64,000 bases of DNA from Octopus vulgaris (taxonomy: Eukaryota). Position 1 is the stretch's first letter. Every line of letters begins with the position of its first letter. A model generated the notes under the pieces. The model was not told the origin of the DNA. It did no database searches and saw only the letters and a list, made by a program, of their open reading frames with translations. This document shows, piece after piece, positions 49,136 to 60,379 of this stretch. The DNA is taken from the NCBI GenBank assembly GCA_951406725.2, contig OX597819.1, positions 38,440,001 through 38,504,000 of the forward strand, in the 5' to 3' direction. A program made the position numbers and the translations under genes.

Positions 49136-50377
49136 GGGCTGGACAAAATAATGGAAGTGCCTTAAGATTTCAAACAAATTTATTTTAATATGGGGTAGGA
49201 CTGCCTTTGGCAGTAATTACAACTTAAATTCTATGACATATGGACTTGTACAAAGTTTGACTTATTTCCAAAGGAATGTTTGTCCATTCTTCAGCTAAAA
49301 CAGTCTCCAGTTCTTGTAGTGATGATTGTAGAGGATATTGACTCCTTACTTGTTTTTCTAAAATGCACCATAAATGCTCATTAATATTGATATCTAGGGA
49401 CTGTGGTGGCCAGATAAGATGTTCAACTTCACTAGAATGTTCCTTGTGCCATTCAGTAACAACTTTAGCTGTGTGAATTGGTGCATTATCATCCTGAAAG
49501 ATTGCATTTCTCTCTGGAAACATTTCTGTAACCATAGGATAAATTTGATTAGATAAAATACTAAATAGTCTTGACTGTTAATTCTGCCATGTAGGGAAAC
49601 CATTGGGCTGGCAGATTTCCAAGATATAGTCCTCCAGTTCATCACAGAGCCTCCTCCATGTTTAACAATTGGAAGAAGGCAGTCTGGGTCAAATGCTTCT
49701 TTTGGCTGTCTCCACATGTATACTCAGCCAGTGGTTGGAAATAAGGTAAAATAACATTTTTCCACTGCTCTAGAGACCAATTCTGAAGGCTTCTGCTCCA
49801 CTCTAAATGCTTTGCAACATTTGTTTTCAAAAGTAGTGTTTTTCTGATTGCAGCCCTCCGGTGAAATCTAGCTTTGTGCAGCTCCCAGCAAACAGTTTTT
49901 ATGGAAACTGGGTTCTTGAGGTGGTCATTACGCTCTGCAGTAATTTTGGGAGCTGTTCTTTTGTGATCCTTTCTAACAATTCGCATAAGAGTCCGATGGT
50001 CACTATCTGAAAGCTTTGGTTTTCTTCCAAAATTTTGTTTCAACGAGGAGGTTTTTCCCTCTTTCTCAAAGGCTGTCATTACTTTCAAGACAGTACTTCT
50101 TGATACACCAACCATTTCAGCTGTTTTCATTATGCTAGTGCCTGTCATACGAGCACCAACAATGTGACCTCTTTGAAAGTCCGATAGATATGTCATTTTA
50201 ATGAATTTTAATTACCTTTTTCTGATGATATCTGAAAAGAAACATCAATTGTTAGCCAAACATTAAGCAACACTAATAATAAATAAAAAAAATGTGAAAA
50301 TAAACAAGCCTTTGATGCTTTTATAGATATTTCAAAATTATGATGCTATGTGTTTACATTATTTTGTCCAACCCCTG
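49133..50377 (-). mobile_element. Full-length Tc1-like transposon with decayed DD34E transposase (ATG at 50196)
   Basis: TIR CAGGGG.TGGACAAAATAATG, TA flanks; LSDFQRGHIVGAR, VKHGGGSVM, FQDDNAPIH, WPPQS motifs over three frames. Confidence 0.93.
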
Positions 50378-50563
50378 TACACACACACATATAAAAATAT
50401 ATAGGTTATAAAGCAAACTTCTTAACTACATAGTAATATCAATTTTCAGAAATTTAAGAAATCTTTAACTGTATTCTATAATCCTAAATTATTTATAATA
50501 AACTAAAACCTACTTTTCAAATTCCAGAACAGAGGAAATTATATAAAACAAATCAGTGTTTAC

Positions 50564-50745
50564 CGAATTTTTTATTCACATCATTCTGTGTCTTTTTGGT
50601 TTGAGCTTCTGCTTCATCTTGCAGCCGCAATGATTCTGCAACTAATCTTTCTGCATTTTGTCTTTCTGTGTTGGCATTGGCATATTTTCTCAAATTGGAA
50701 CACGTCCAGTCTTTATGGGTAAATCTCGTTAATGATCCGTCCAGT
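50564..50745 (-). CDS. TEKT1: Tektin-1 exon 2
   Basis: R-LDGSLTRFTHKDW...ERLVAESLRL...TQNDVNKKF; CCAG acceptor, GTAAAC donor, 182 nt; ERLVAES and DVNKK are TEKT1-like. Confidence 0.9.
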
Positions 50746-51348
50746 CTGGCAGTGAAAAATGGTTTAAACATGATGCAGGAAATATAGAATGTAGAGGATA
50801 AACATTTGAGATTGCTAAAATTCAAAGTAGGTTATAAGGTAAGCATGGCACAAGACAAAAAAAAAAAAGATAAGAAATCTATGGCTAGAAGCCATGTGCA
50901 TGACACCTCTGATGCTCTTAAGTGCAGCCTTTTGGGAGAATTCTGGATTTTGGATAAAAAATAGATTTGTTTTCATTTCTACTGATTACACAGTATATAC
51001 AGTAATGCAAAAGTCATGCACCACTAAAATAATACTTTGCCATAACATCTTCATATTCGTTATTTCTTGTATGTAATTTGACAAATGTTCATAAAATGAT
51101 CATTATTCTTATTTTAGAATCATGTCACAAATTTTTTCTGTATGTGTGTGAAACTAGAAAAAAAAAAAAAAAAAAAAATTTTTTTTCTGTATGTGTATAT
51201 ATATATACATACAAATTTTTTCTGTATGTGTATATATATATATATATATATATGGGAAGGTTTATGAAAATAAACAAAAGACGAAGGCAGGTGGAGTACA
51301 AACAAACAAATGTATTAGTATGGCGCTCAGGAATAGAAATAGAACTAG

Positions 51349-51386
51349 TCTTTTACGTTTCGAGCCTACGCTCTTCGACAGAAAGA
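51349..51386 (-). ncRNA. Minimal type-I hammerhead variant in a short PLE-like element (~51253-51400)
   Basis: UCUUU-CUGUCGAA-GAGC-GUAG-GCUC-GAA-ACGU-A-AAAGA: perfect stems I and II, palindromic stem III, GUA site, U at position 6. Confidence 0.65.
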
Positions 51387-51414
51387 TACACAGAAAAAAA
51401 CAAATGCATACTTA

Positions 51415-51652
51415 CAGGGTTAGCCAAAAGTCACCGGACAGTAGTAAATCAAAACCATTTAATTCTAAGATTTATTTATTTTTAACAATTGAATGAATTT
51501 AATAAAACCATCTAAATATGAAACATCATGACAATTGTTCAAACAGAAGTCCTTCTTGAGCGACACATTATTCCATTCAAGTCAATACAGAATTACAGAT
51601 AGTATTTATGGAATTTTGATTTACTGTCGGGTGACTTTTGGCCAAACCTCTG
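51415..51652. mobile_element. Tc1/mariner-type MITE
   Basis: TIR CAGGGTTAGCCAAAAGTCACC, TA flanks. Confidence 0.7.
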
Positions 51653-52039
51653 TATGTGTGTGTGTGTGTTCTTTCATTTATTTGTTTCAGTCAATTGACT
51701 GTGGCCATGCTGGAGCACCGCCATTAGTCGAACAAATCGGCCCCAAAACTTATTCTTTGTAAGCCTAGTACTTATTCTATCAGTCACTTTGCCGAACCGC
51801 TAAGTTATGGAGACATAAACACATCAGCATCGGTTGTCAAGCAATGTTTGGGGGACAAACACAGACACACACACACACACATATATTTATACGACAGGCC
51901 TCTTTCAGTTTCTGTCAATCAGATCCACTCACATGGCTTTGGTCGGCCTGAGGCTATAGTAAGGAGACACTTGGTGCCTTGCATTGGGACTGAATCTGGA
52001 ATCATGTTGTTGGTAAGCAAACTGCTTTAGGTTCTAGAC

Positions 52040-52079
52040 AAAACTGTCCGACGAACGGGAAACACCGAGTAACAGTTTT
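52040..52079 (+). ncRNA. Small hammerhead variant with vestigial stem II
   Basis: AAAACUGU-CCGACGA-ACGG-GAA-AC-ACCGA-GU-A-ACAGUUUU: 8-bp stem I, GUA site, U4C. Confidence 0.6.
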
Positions 52080-52270
52080 TGCTATATTCTTGGTACTTTT
52101 TAATAAAGCAGAGTGGCTGTGTGGTAAGTAGCTCACTTACCAACCACATGGTTCCGGGTTCAGTCCCACTGCATGGCAACTTAGGCAAGTGTCTTCTACT
52201 ATAACCTCAAGCCAACCAAAGCCTTGCGAGTGAATTTGGTGGATGGAAACTGAAAGAAGTTCGTCGTATA

Positions 52271-52779
52271 TCTATATATATAAAACTGTAGTTGTGTGAG
52301 TGTCTGTCCCCTTCGATTTAGATTCCTAACTACTCCCACATTTTGCGGTACAGTTTAACCAAATTCGGGTATCTTATAGTCGTGATTCATATTGAGCCCG
52401 TCTGAGTATTAGCACGCGTCTACGATGAGTCTACGATTTTAAAAATAATTTAACATCATTTTTTATTCCATTTTAATGCATAATTTTTCGTGTGTCGATG
52501 GCGGCGGAGTTGGCGCCCATGGTCACACCTGCACCTGTTTGCTTCTCCCCCTTCTTCCCTCGTGAAGCTGTGGGGAAGGGAGTGTAAGGAAATCAACGTC
52601 GTAAAGCGTTGTCAAGGAGACCAGCGTTCTTTTAGAACAACGACTTCATGGCTTGAAGACACCAAAAGAGAAATGGCTAAGAAAGCCCGAATTGGCATCT
52701 ATAAGGGAAGTAACTCTCTAAAAATGCTTATATAGTTATTTCCCTTACAAACCCGAGCAACGCTGGGCGATACTGCTAG
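52271..52779 (+). mobile_element. Non-autonomous Helitron
   Basis: A|TC start, CCCGAGCAACGCTGGG hairpin, CTAG|T end. Confidence 0.8.
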
Positions 52780-52907
52780 TATATATATATATATATATAT
52801 ACATATAAATATATATATGTATATATATAAATACATATATATGTTTATATATATTTGTATATATATGTGTATATATATGTATGTATATATATATCATCAT
52901 CATCATA

Positions 52908-52946
<39 letters not shown>

Positions 52947-52959
52947 AATAATAATAATC

Positions 52960-53755
52960 ATCATCATCATCATCATCATCATTTAACGTCCGCTTTCCAT
53001 GCTAGCATGGGTTGGACGGTTCAACTGGGGTCTGGGGAGCCCGAAAGCTGCACCAGTCCAGTCAGATCTGGCAGTGTTTCTACAGCTGGATGCCCTTCCT
53101 AACGCCAACCACTCCGAGAGTGTAGTGGGTGATTTTATGTGCCACCGACACAGGTGCCAGACGAGGCTGGCAAACAGCCACGCTCGGATGGTGTTTTTTA
53201 TGTGCCACCGACACAGGTGCCAGACGAGGCTGGCAGACGGCCACGCTCGGATGGTGTTTTTATGTGCCACCGACACAGGTGCCAGATGAGGCTGGCAAAC
53301 GGCCACGATCGGATGGTGTTTGTTACGTGCCCACAGCACGGAGGCCAGTCGATGCGGTACTGGCTACGACCACGTTCGGATGGTTTTCTTGTGTGCCACG
53401 TGCCACCGGCACTGGTACCACAAAGATACAAATTCCATTGATGTTCATCTATTTTGATTTGTTTTGATTTTCACTTGCCTCAACAGGTCTTCACAAGTGT
53501 CACAAGAAGGAAGGTATGCACAGGTGGACTGACTACGTCCCAGGTAGGGGCCACAGGTTATGGCCTGACTAGTCTTGCCGGGTCTTCGGATGGTGTTTTT
53601 ATGTGCCACCGACACAGGTGCCAGATGAGGCTGGCGAACGGCCACGATCGGATGGTGTTTGTTACGTGCCCACAGCACGGAGGCCAGTCGGTGCGGTACT
53701 GGCTACGGCCACGTTCGGATGGTTTTCTTGTGTGCCACCGGCACTGGTACCACAT
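52960..53755 (-). mobile_element. RTE-type LINE 3' region with ~62-bp tandem repeats and an internal duplication
   Basis: (CAT)n tail, repeated GTGCCACCGACACAGGTGCCAGA units; ~53250-53420 recurs at ~53587-53752. Confidence 0.75.
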
Positions 53756-53807
53756 ATAGATATATGCCAGCATGGAACATGGACATGAAAAGATGATGAT
53801 GATGATG

Positions 53808-53844
<37 letters not shown>

Positions 53845-53854
53845 TAGAAAATAT

Positions 53855-54076
53855 CACCTTTTATCAATTCAAAGTGAACAATTAATTTACACCATCTAGC
53901 AAATTACATATAATAGAAATATTAAAAATAAAATAACAATAATATACCGATGATTAAGTATTTTGCAATTTACTTAATCATCGGTATATTATTGTTATTT
54001 TAATTTTAATATTTCTATTATATGTAATTTTCTAGATGGTGTAATTTAAATGTTCATTTTGAATTGATAAAAGGTG
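53855..54076. repeat. Inverted repeat with 106-bp arms and 10-nt spacer, between (TA)n tracts
   Basis: 53855-53960 is the near-perfect reverse complement of 53971-54076. Confidence 0.9.
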
Positions 54077-54429
54077 GTTTTTTTCAAACTTTTATATATA
54101 TATATATTATATTTTGTGAAATTTGATTTAGTATTTTTCCCTGTAAGTTAGGAATAATATTCCCTCAAATAATTATTATATATATATATATACACATACA
54201 TTCAGGTTTGTTGATACAAACAGGAAAGTAGAACACAAATTATGAGTATATGTATATTTTAATATTTTTTACTTCTGCTAAATAAATAAATAAATAAATG
54301 AATGAATGAATGAATAAATAAATAAATATACACATATATACTTTCTTTCTTTATTGAGCACACAGGCCCGAACACAGACAGAACAATACAACTGGGGAGA
54401 AAAACATGGAATGGATGAATGAAAATGAA

Positions 54430-55192
54430 TCTTTATATATAAAAGTGAAGTTGTGTGTCTGTCTCCTACGATTTAGATTCCTAACTACTCCCACATTTTG
54501 CGGTGCAGTTTAACCAAAACCGGGTATCTTATAGTCGTGATTCATATCGAGCCCTTCTGGGTATTAGCGCGCATCTACGATGAGTCTACGATTTAAAAAA
54601 AAATTTACCATCATTTTTTCCATCTTAATGCATTTTCTTCGCTATTATATAAGGGAAGTAACTCTCTGAAAATGTCTACGATGAGTCAACGATTTAAAAA
54701 AAAAATTACCATCATTTTTTTTCCATTTTTTTGTCTATAACTCTATTTCAAAATGCTTATATAGTTATTTCCCTTACAAACCCGAGCAACGCCGGGCGAT
54801 ACTGCTAGTCTTTATATATAAAAGTGAAGTTGTGTGTCTGTCTCCTACGATTTAGATTCCTAACTACTCCCACTTTTGCGGTGCAGTATAACCAAAAGCG
54901 GGTATCTTATAGTCGTGATTCATATCGAGCCCTTCTGGGTATTAGCGCGCATCTACGATTTAAAAAAAAAATTACCATCATTTTTTCCCATTTTGAATGC
55001 ATTTTTTTTGCTATTATATAAGGGAAGTAACTCTCTGAAAATGTATTATTAAATCTCAGAACGTAAAAAGTTACAGTAACACCCCACTTTGTGGTTAGCC
55101 ATATTGAGATGGCTATTATACTTTACATCTCTAAAAATGCTTATATAGTTATTTCCCTTACAAACCCAAGCAACGCCGGGCGATACTGCTAG
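54430..55192 (+). mobile_element. Head-to-tail dimer of non-autonomous Helitrons (54430-54808, 54809-55192)
   Basis: Each unit TC...CCC(G/A)AGCAACGCCGGG...CTAG; exact CTAG|TC junction. Confidence 0.85.
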
Positions 55193-55377
55193 TATGTATA
55201 TAAAAGCCCTTATTGTTGGTTTCCTTGTCCTGTCTTTTACTGTTTTTATCTTTATTTGTACTCTTTTTTTCTTTATTTGTATTGCTTTTATGTCCTGTTC
55301 TTGTCACCTTTTTTTACCCCTCTGCAAAAAAAAATTTTATTCAATTCATTTTGCGGGAAGGATTGCTTCGGCGTGGT

Positions 55378-55442
55378 CGTGTTACTGCCCTTACCTTCGA
55401 AACACGCAATGAGTCGAAAAATGGGCAGCTGAAGAAGGGGAA
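55378..55442 (+). ncRNA. Second candidate non-circularly permuted hammerhead ribozyme
   Basis: CGUGU-UA-CUGCCC-uuaccuuc-GAA-ACACG ... GGGCAG-CUGAAGA-AGGGGAA; same strand order and spacing as 35962 with different stem sequences. Confidence 0.5.
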
Positions 55443-55998
55443 TGTTCCCTCTGTTGTTTGTCTTGTACTCTGTTTTTTTGTTGTTAAAAAAAGGCCGTTT
55501 CCTTGTTTTGTTTTTATGCTTTCGTTTCTCATTGTGTTCTACGTATATCTGTGGTGTCCTGTACTCATATATGCATGTATATATACATATAGATGTAGGT
55601 ATGTACATATATGTATGTATGCATATGTTTTATTTATTAAATTGTTATATATATATATGTGTGTGTGTGTATGTGTCTGTGTTTGTACCCCAACATCGCT
55701 TGACAACCGATGCTAGTGTGTTTACGTCCCCGTAATATAGTGGTTCGGCAAAAGAAACCGATAGAATAAGTACTAGGCTTACAAAGAATAAGTCCTGGGG
55801 TCGATTTGCTCGACTAAAGGCGGTGCTCCAGCATGGCCACAGTCAAATGACTGAAACAAGTAAAAGAGTATATATATAGTAGAAACACTGCCAGATCAGA
55901 CTGGGCCTGATGCAGCCTTCTGGCTTCACAGACCCCAGTTGAACCGTCCAACCCATGCTAGCATGGAAAGCGGACGCTAAATGATGATGATGATGTTG

Positions 55999-56035
<37 letters not shown>

Positions 56036-56199
56036 CTAGCGGTACAACAAGGTACCGATGTTTACTGGAAATAGCAGTCAATAAATACACATACATACAT
56101 ATAAACACACATACATGCATACATACATATATATTTATATTAAATTTCGTTCTTTTGCAACTCTAGTGGTAAAAATTTAGAAAAACTCATTCATTTTAC

Positions 56200-56216
56200 C
56201 TAAAGTCGTTATCCAT
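56200..56216 (-). CDS. TEKT1: Tektin-1 exon 1 coding part (MDNDF-R)
   Basis: GCAATGG start, AG|GTAAAA donor in phase 2 fits exon 2; X-box just upstream; spliced CDS 1218 nt. Confidence 0.72.
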
Positions 56217-56253
56217 TGCTGCCGTCGCAAAGTTTGATGTTACTTTTAGTATG

Positions 56254-56267
56254 GTTACCATAGAGAC
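56254..56267 (-). promoter_or_regulatory. RFX X-box (GTCTCTATGGTAAC)
   Basis: 14-bp imperfect palindrome matching the ciliary-gene X-box consensus, 37 bp upstream of the tektin ATG; CCAAT at 56325-56329. Confidence 0.75.
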
Positions 56268-57799
56268 ACATTAACAATCACTTACTATGCTCATACCAAA
56301 CATGCTTATCTAACACTAACTTTCATTGGCTAAAGCGTGGGGACGTGGTCTGTCACACCTGTGATGCTAATTGTTCTGCCTCCGTCACCTCTGTGCGTGT
56401 GTTTTACCCTCGAGGGAGTGCATGAGATGGAAAAGATCCCACTCGAGTTCCTATGCATTATGTATGCATTTCAGTCATGCGTGAAAGCAAAAATGAAGTG
56501 AAAAAATATTCAATGTATTGAATGATGGGATTGAATTTATTTTTATTAGGGAATGTATGATAGTGACTTCGAAATGTCTCCGATGAATTGCCGGCTATGT
56601 GTTTATGTGAATGTGTTGTGTGTGTTCGTGCGTGTGCATGTGCGTGCCCAATGGCATTAGCATAATCTTTTGTTAGTATTGTCAACTAACATGTCAACTT
56701 AAGCGATCGTTTTTATGTCACCTTACTTCTCTATTTCATCATCCAACTTTTTTGACTAAATTTGCTTTTCAGAATTGTCTGAGTTATTGTTGTTTTGTTC
56801 TAAGTCAACCCTACAAAATCTTTAAATCGTTTTTTTTTTTTATAATTCAGTGTATCTACATTAAGTGTCTGTTCTTTCCTAAATTCAATAGGGTGTAATT
56901 TGAGAGATATTTGGCTGCTATTTCGAGCATTCCATTCGACCGCTTAGAGAAGAGGCACTTTCATATTCCAGTGTGATACATAGAGGTGGCGGACTCACAA
57001 TCCAATCAGAGGTCTGTAGATAATTCACTAAGTGAGTTGTTATTGTCTAGCTAAACCCCAAATAGAAGTGACCTCTGATGGGAGGTATTCCAGGCGTGAC
57101 CATCGTTTTTGTTTTGTGGGTATCCAGGATATTTTAAAACAGTAGGGTTGAGTCGTGAGAGATTTGGTTGCTATTTGTATTTCATTATTTATTAAAATTC
57201 AACAACCGAGTAGTTGACATCGCTTACTGACAGCGATTTATTTCCTTCTAAGGTTAAAAAAAAAAAAAAAAGTGTTTTCGCCGTCAAATGAAAATGTAAA
57301 TTTGTTAACTGCGAGAGTAACAAATTTATAAAGCCCAGCAATTTTAAGAGGAGGGGGGTTATCCAATGTCATCGACCTAATACTTCACTGGTATTTTATG
57401 TTAGTTGACTTCGGATGAATGAAAGGCAAAGTTAACAGTGGTGGAATTTGAACTCAGAACATGAAGAGCTGGAATAAATAACCGCTTGGAATTTTTTCCG
57501 AAGCTCTAATGATTCTGCCAAGTAACATTAAACTAAGAACCCCTCTTATCACAACTAAATCTGTGGAGTGCGACACAAAAGTCTCCCTCCTACTCAAGTT
57601 TGCTCCCCTTTCCTCCCTCCTCTTTATAAGCACTGTATTTTTTACTCCCACCTTCCTTCCTCGTATGAACATGTCGTTCTACTTCCAGCTCCCTCCTCCC
57701 ACCTTTAGATAAACATGTCTTTCTGCTCTCCCCCCTCTCACCGCTCCTCTATCAATCTATTACTATGTTACAACGCGGGAGGGTCACACTAGCAGAAAC

Positions 57800-57929
57800 A
57801 TGGATCCTGGACGAGGTGTCGTCGCCACTGGACTTGGCAAATCTTACTCGCCCTTTTCCAGGCCCCATTCTTATATGATGGCAGCTGCTCCTAACAATTC
57901 TTCGAAAAGTTTAAAGGGCATTATTGCAG
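57800..57929 (+). CDS. SLC25A1: Mitochondrial tricarboxylate (citrate) carrier, exon 1; remainder outside window
   Basis: MDPGRG...SPFSRPH..MAAA..KSLKGIIA-G resembles invertebrate citrate-carrier N-termini (SPxxRP..AAA..LKGIxAG, recall); AACATGG start, CAG|GTCAGT donor. Confidence 0.75.
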
Positions 57930-60187
57930 GTCAGTCACTTCAAATGTTCATATATATTATACTGTCAGCTCAAACATTGCGCTGTGTTTGAACACAAATC
58001 GTGTTCAACATATAATAACCCTATCACACAAATAACACAACACATCATAGCATGTTTTTACATGGCTTGGTTGCCTTATATGTTATCTTCAGTTGACTGA
58101 AGTCCATTATGTAACTTTATTTTTTCCTCTTTCAGTCATTTCTACATAACACGAGATACCTAAGCGGTTATGTATATATATATGTGCATAATATATACAT
58201 ACATGCATATATATATGTGTATATATATTATATTGTGCATTAATTGTTAATTTTCTTCGATTGGGGTTTTTGTTTACAGTTCCCTTCTGAATATTTCATT
58301 TGTGACTTTCCCAAATAACCAGAAATAGTAGTTCACGAATTGTTTGCATTAATTCACGGTTTATAAGAAGCTATAATTGGAAAAAAATAAAAAATATATA
58401 AAAAGAAAAGAAAAAAATTGCATTCGATTTAGGAAGTAAAAATAAACTCTTCTGAAATAGTGTAAATTCAGTGGTTTTGAAATCTATTACAAATTACCAT
58501 ACACACCCACATTTATGAATTTCTATCACAACATACAAACTACTATTATTTGTTGTATATATGAATACACTAAACTACATGAATTTGTCTATTTGTTTAT
58601 TGAAAGCTGAACCTTCACTTTGTCATTCAATTTCAAGTCGCATATTTTATTCCTAATGTGTCCTTTACACCACCACGACAATAACAATAATAAAGCAATT
58701 AGGAATGAACGACGGTGCCCCTATTACCATTCGATAAGTCACTACTCTACACGCAGGACACGTTGGATAACATAGACCTAATAAAAAAAAAAACAAGATT
58801 GAAATAAAAACAAAAGGAAAAATAAAAAGGTAGGATGGCTACGGATAGAATATCTTTTATAAGACACCTTACTCGTTCAGGGCTGACCTGGGAATAAACA
58901 ATTTACAAGAACATGCTCGAGCCTCCACAATACAGTGTGTGTGTGTGTGCACGGTCGCTGGATTTAAAGGAAATGGCAACCACCGTCTTAAATTATGAGA
59001 GAATACAGTCGCATGAGATAGCCTAACAAATCCTTTACTCGGGATGATCACGGCTGGAATGTCTTCCATCAGAGATCTCGTTTAGAGTTGACCTAGGGCT
59101 AAATATTAACACGCAAGTGTATGGGAAGTTCGATGCTGTACTTGATGTTGTTTGTTTACGTTTATTTCCCAGCCGTCGATCAAACTTAGTCATCTTCTAT
59201 AAAGATTACAGTTAGGATTATAATAATAATAAATAAATACCTTTTCTATGAATAATAATGATAATAATTATAGTAAAGTGGAGGTATAATGAGGATGGTG
59301 AAAAGTGTTTGTGGATGACTTCGTTGAGTAAATAAATAAATAAATACACACGCACCATCACGAGTAAGTGCGTGCATGTTGAATCATCATAAACACTGGC
59401 TCTGACTAATGTGTGTGTGTGTGTTTGTGTACAAGCACAACACATTTACCAATCTAACAAGCAGAGCCCATAAAAAATTAGTTGTTTCTCCCCATGTCAG
59501 TCCAGATCAATTAAATTCTCTTTGATCAAATGCATTCTACCCATAATAGCAGACCATGCTGTCTATTACATATGTGCAGAGTACTCAGGATTAGATTATC
59601 CAACGAAAGCTAATCTTAGAATGATTTTGATGGAAATTTGGCTGCTATTTCTAGCATGTTTCTCGTTGATTGGATTATATTTATTTATACTCGGTGTCTC
59701 GCTTGAAGTCTTCTGTATGATGTTTATAAACTGACTGATATATATATATATATATATATATGTGACCATTGGTTTATATAATCTACGTTTGTATACAATC
59801 CATGGTGTATTTAGACTAGTACCTCAATTTTTAAGTTAGCACCAATTCAGTTCTTTGATCGAAGACATTCCAGCCATGTCCATCCTTTCTTGGGGGTATC
59901 CAAAGCGCCCCCTTTTTTTTTTAGGACACTAAGCTGTAATTTTAGGGATATTTTGCTGCTGTTACTAGCATTTAAGGAGCACGTGAAGGTCTTCGTTCGG
60001 TTGTTGGTAATAGGAATTGTCTAATAGTCTTAGCATAATTTGCGTGTGTAGAAGACTGGGTGGATAAAGATTTCAGTTACCTTCACACGGTTTTATTTAA
60101 TTTCATAATGTTGGTTTTAATTTTTCCCATACTGACAAAACTGGTAAACATGTGTGTGTGTGTGTGTGTTTTCTGTATACGTGTGTT

Positions 60188-60379
60188 GGGCGAAATTCTG
60201 CTTTAAGCAAAAAATGAAGCAAAAAATTCGGACTGTCCATGTATTAAACTGGAAAAAAAAAAAATTGAAACATAAAATTTTTTTCCACAGTCGTATGAAT
60301 TCCCGTGTGTACAACACAAATTCGCAAGAATTTTTGGAGGAAAAAAGATACGTGGGGTGCTTAAAGCAAAATTCCACCC
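60188..60379. mobile_element. Putative MITE
   Basis: GGGCGAAATTCTGCTTTAAGCA / TGCTTAAAGCAAAATTCCACCC imperfect 22-bp TIR; no clear TSD. Confidence 0.45.

Larger units (their letters stand above)
52108..55870 (+). mobile_element. Probable single SINE family A copy split by a 3.4-kb nest of insertions
   Basis: Head 52108-52270 stops at the internal (TA)n; matching tail resumes ~55670-55870 in the same orientation. Confidence 0.6.
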
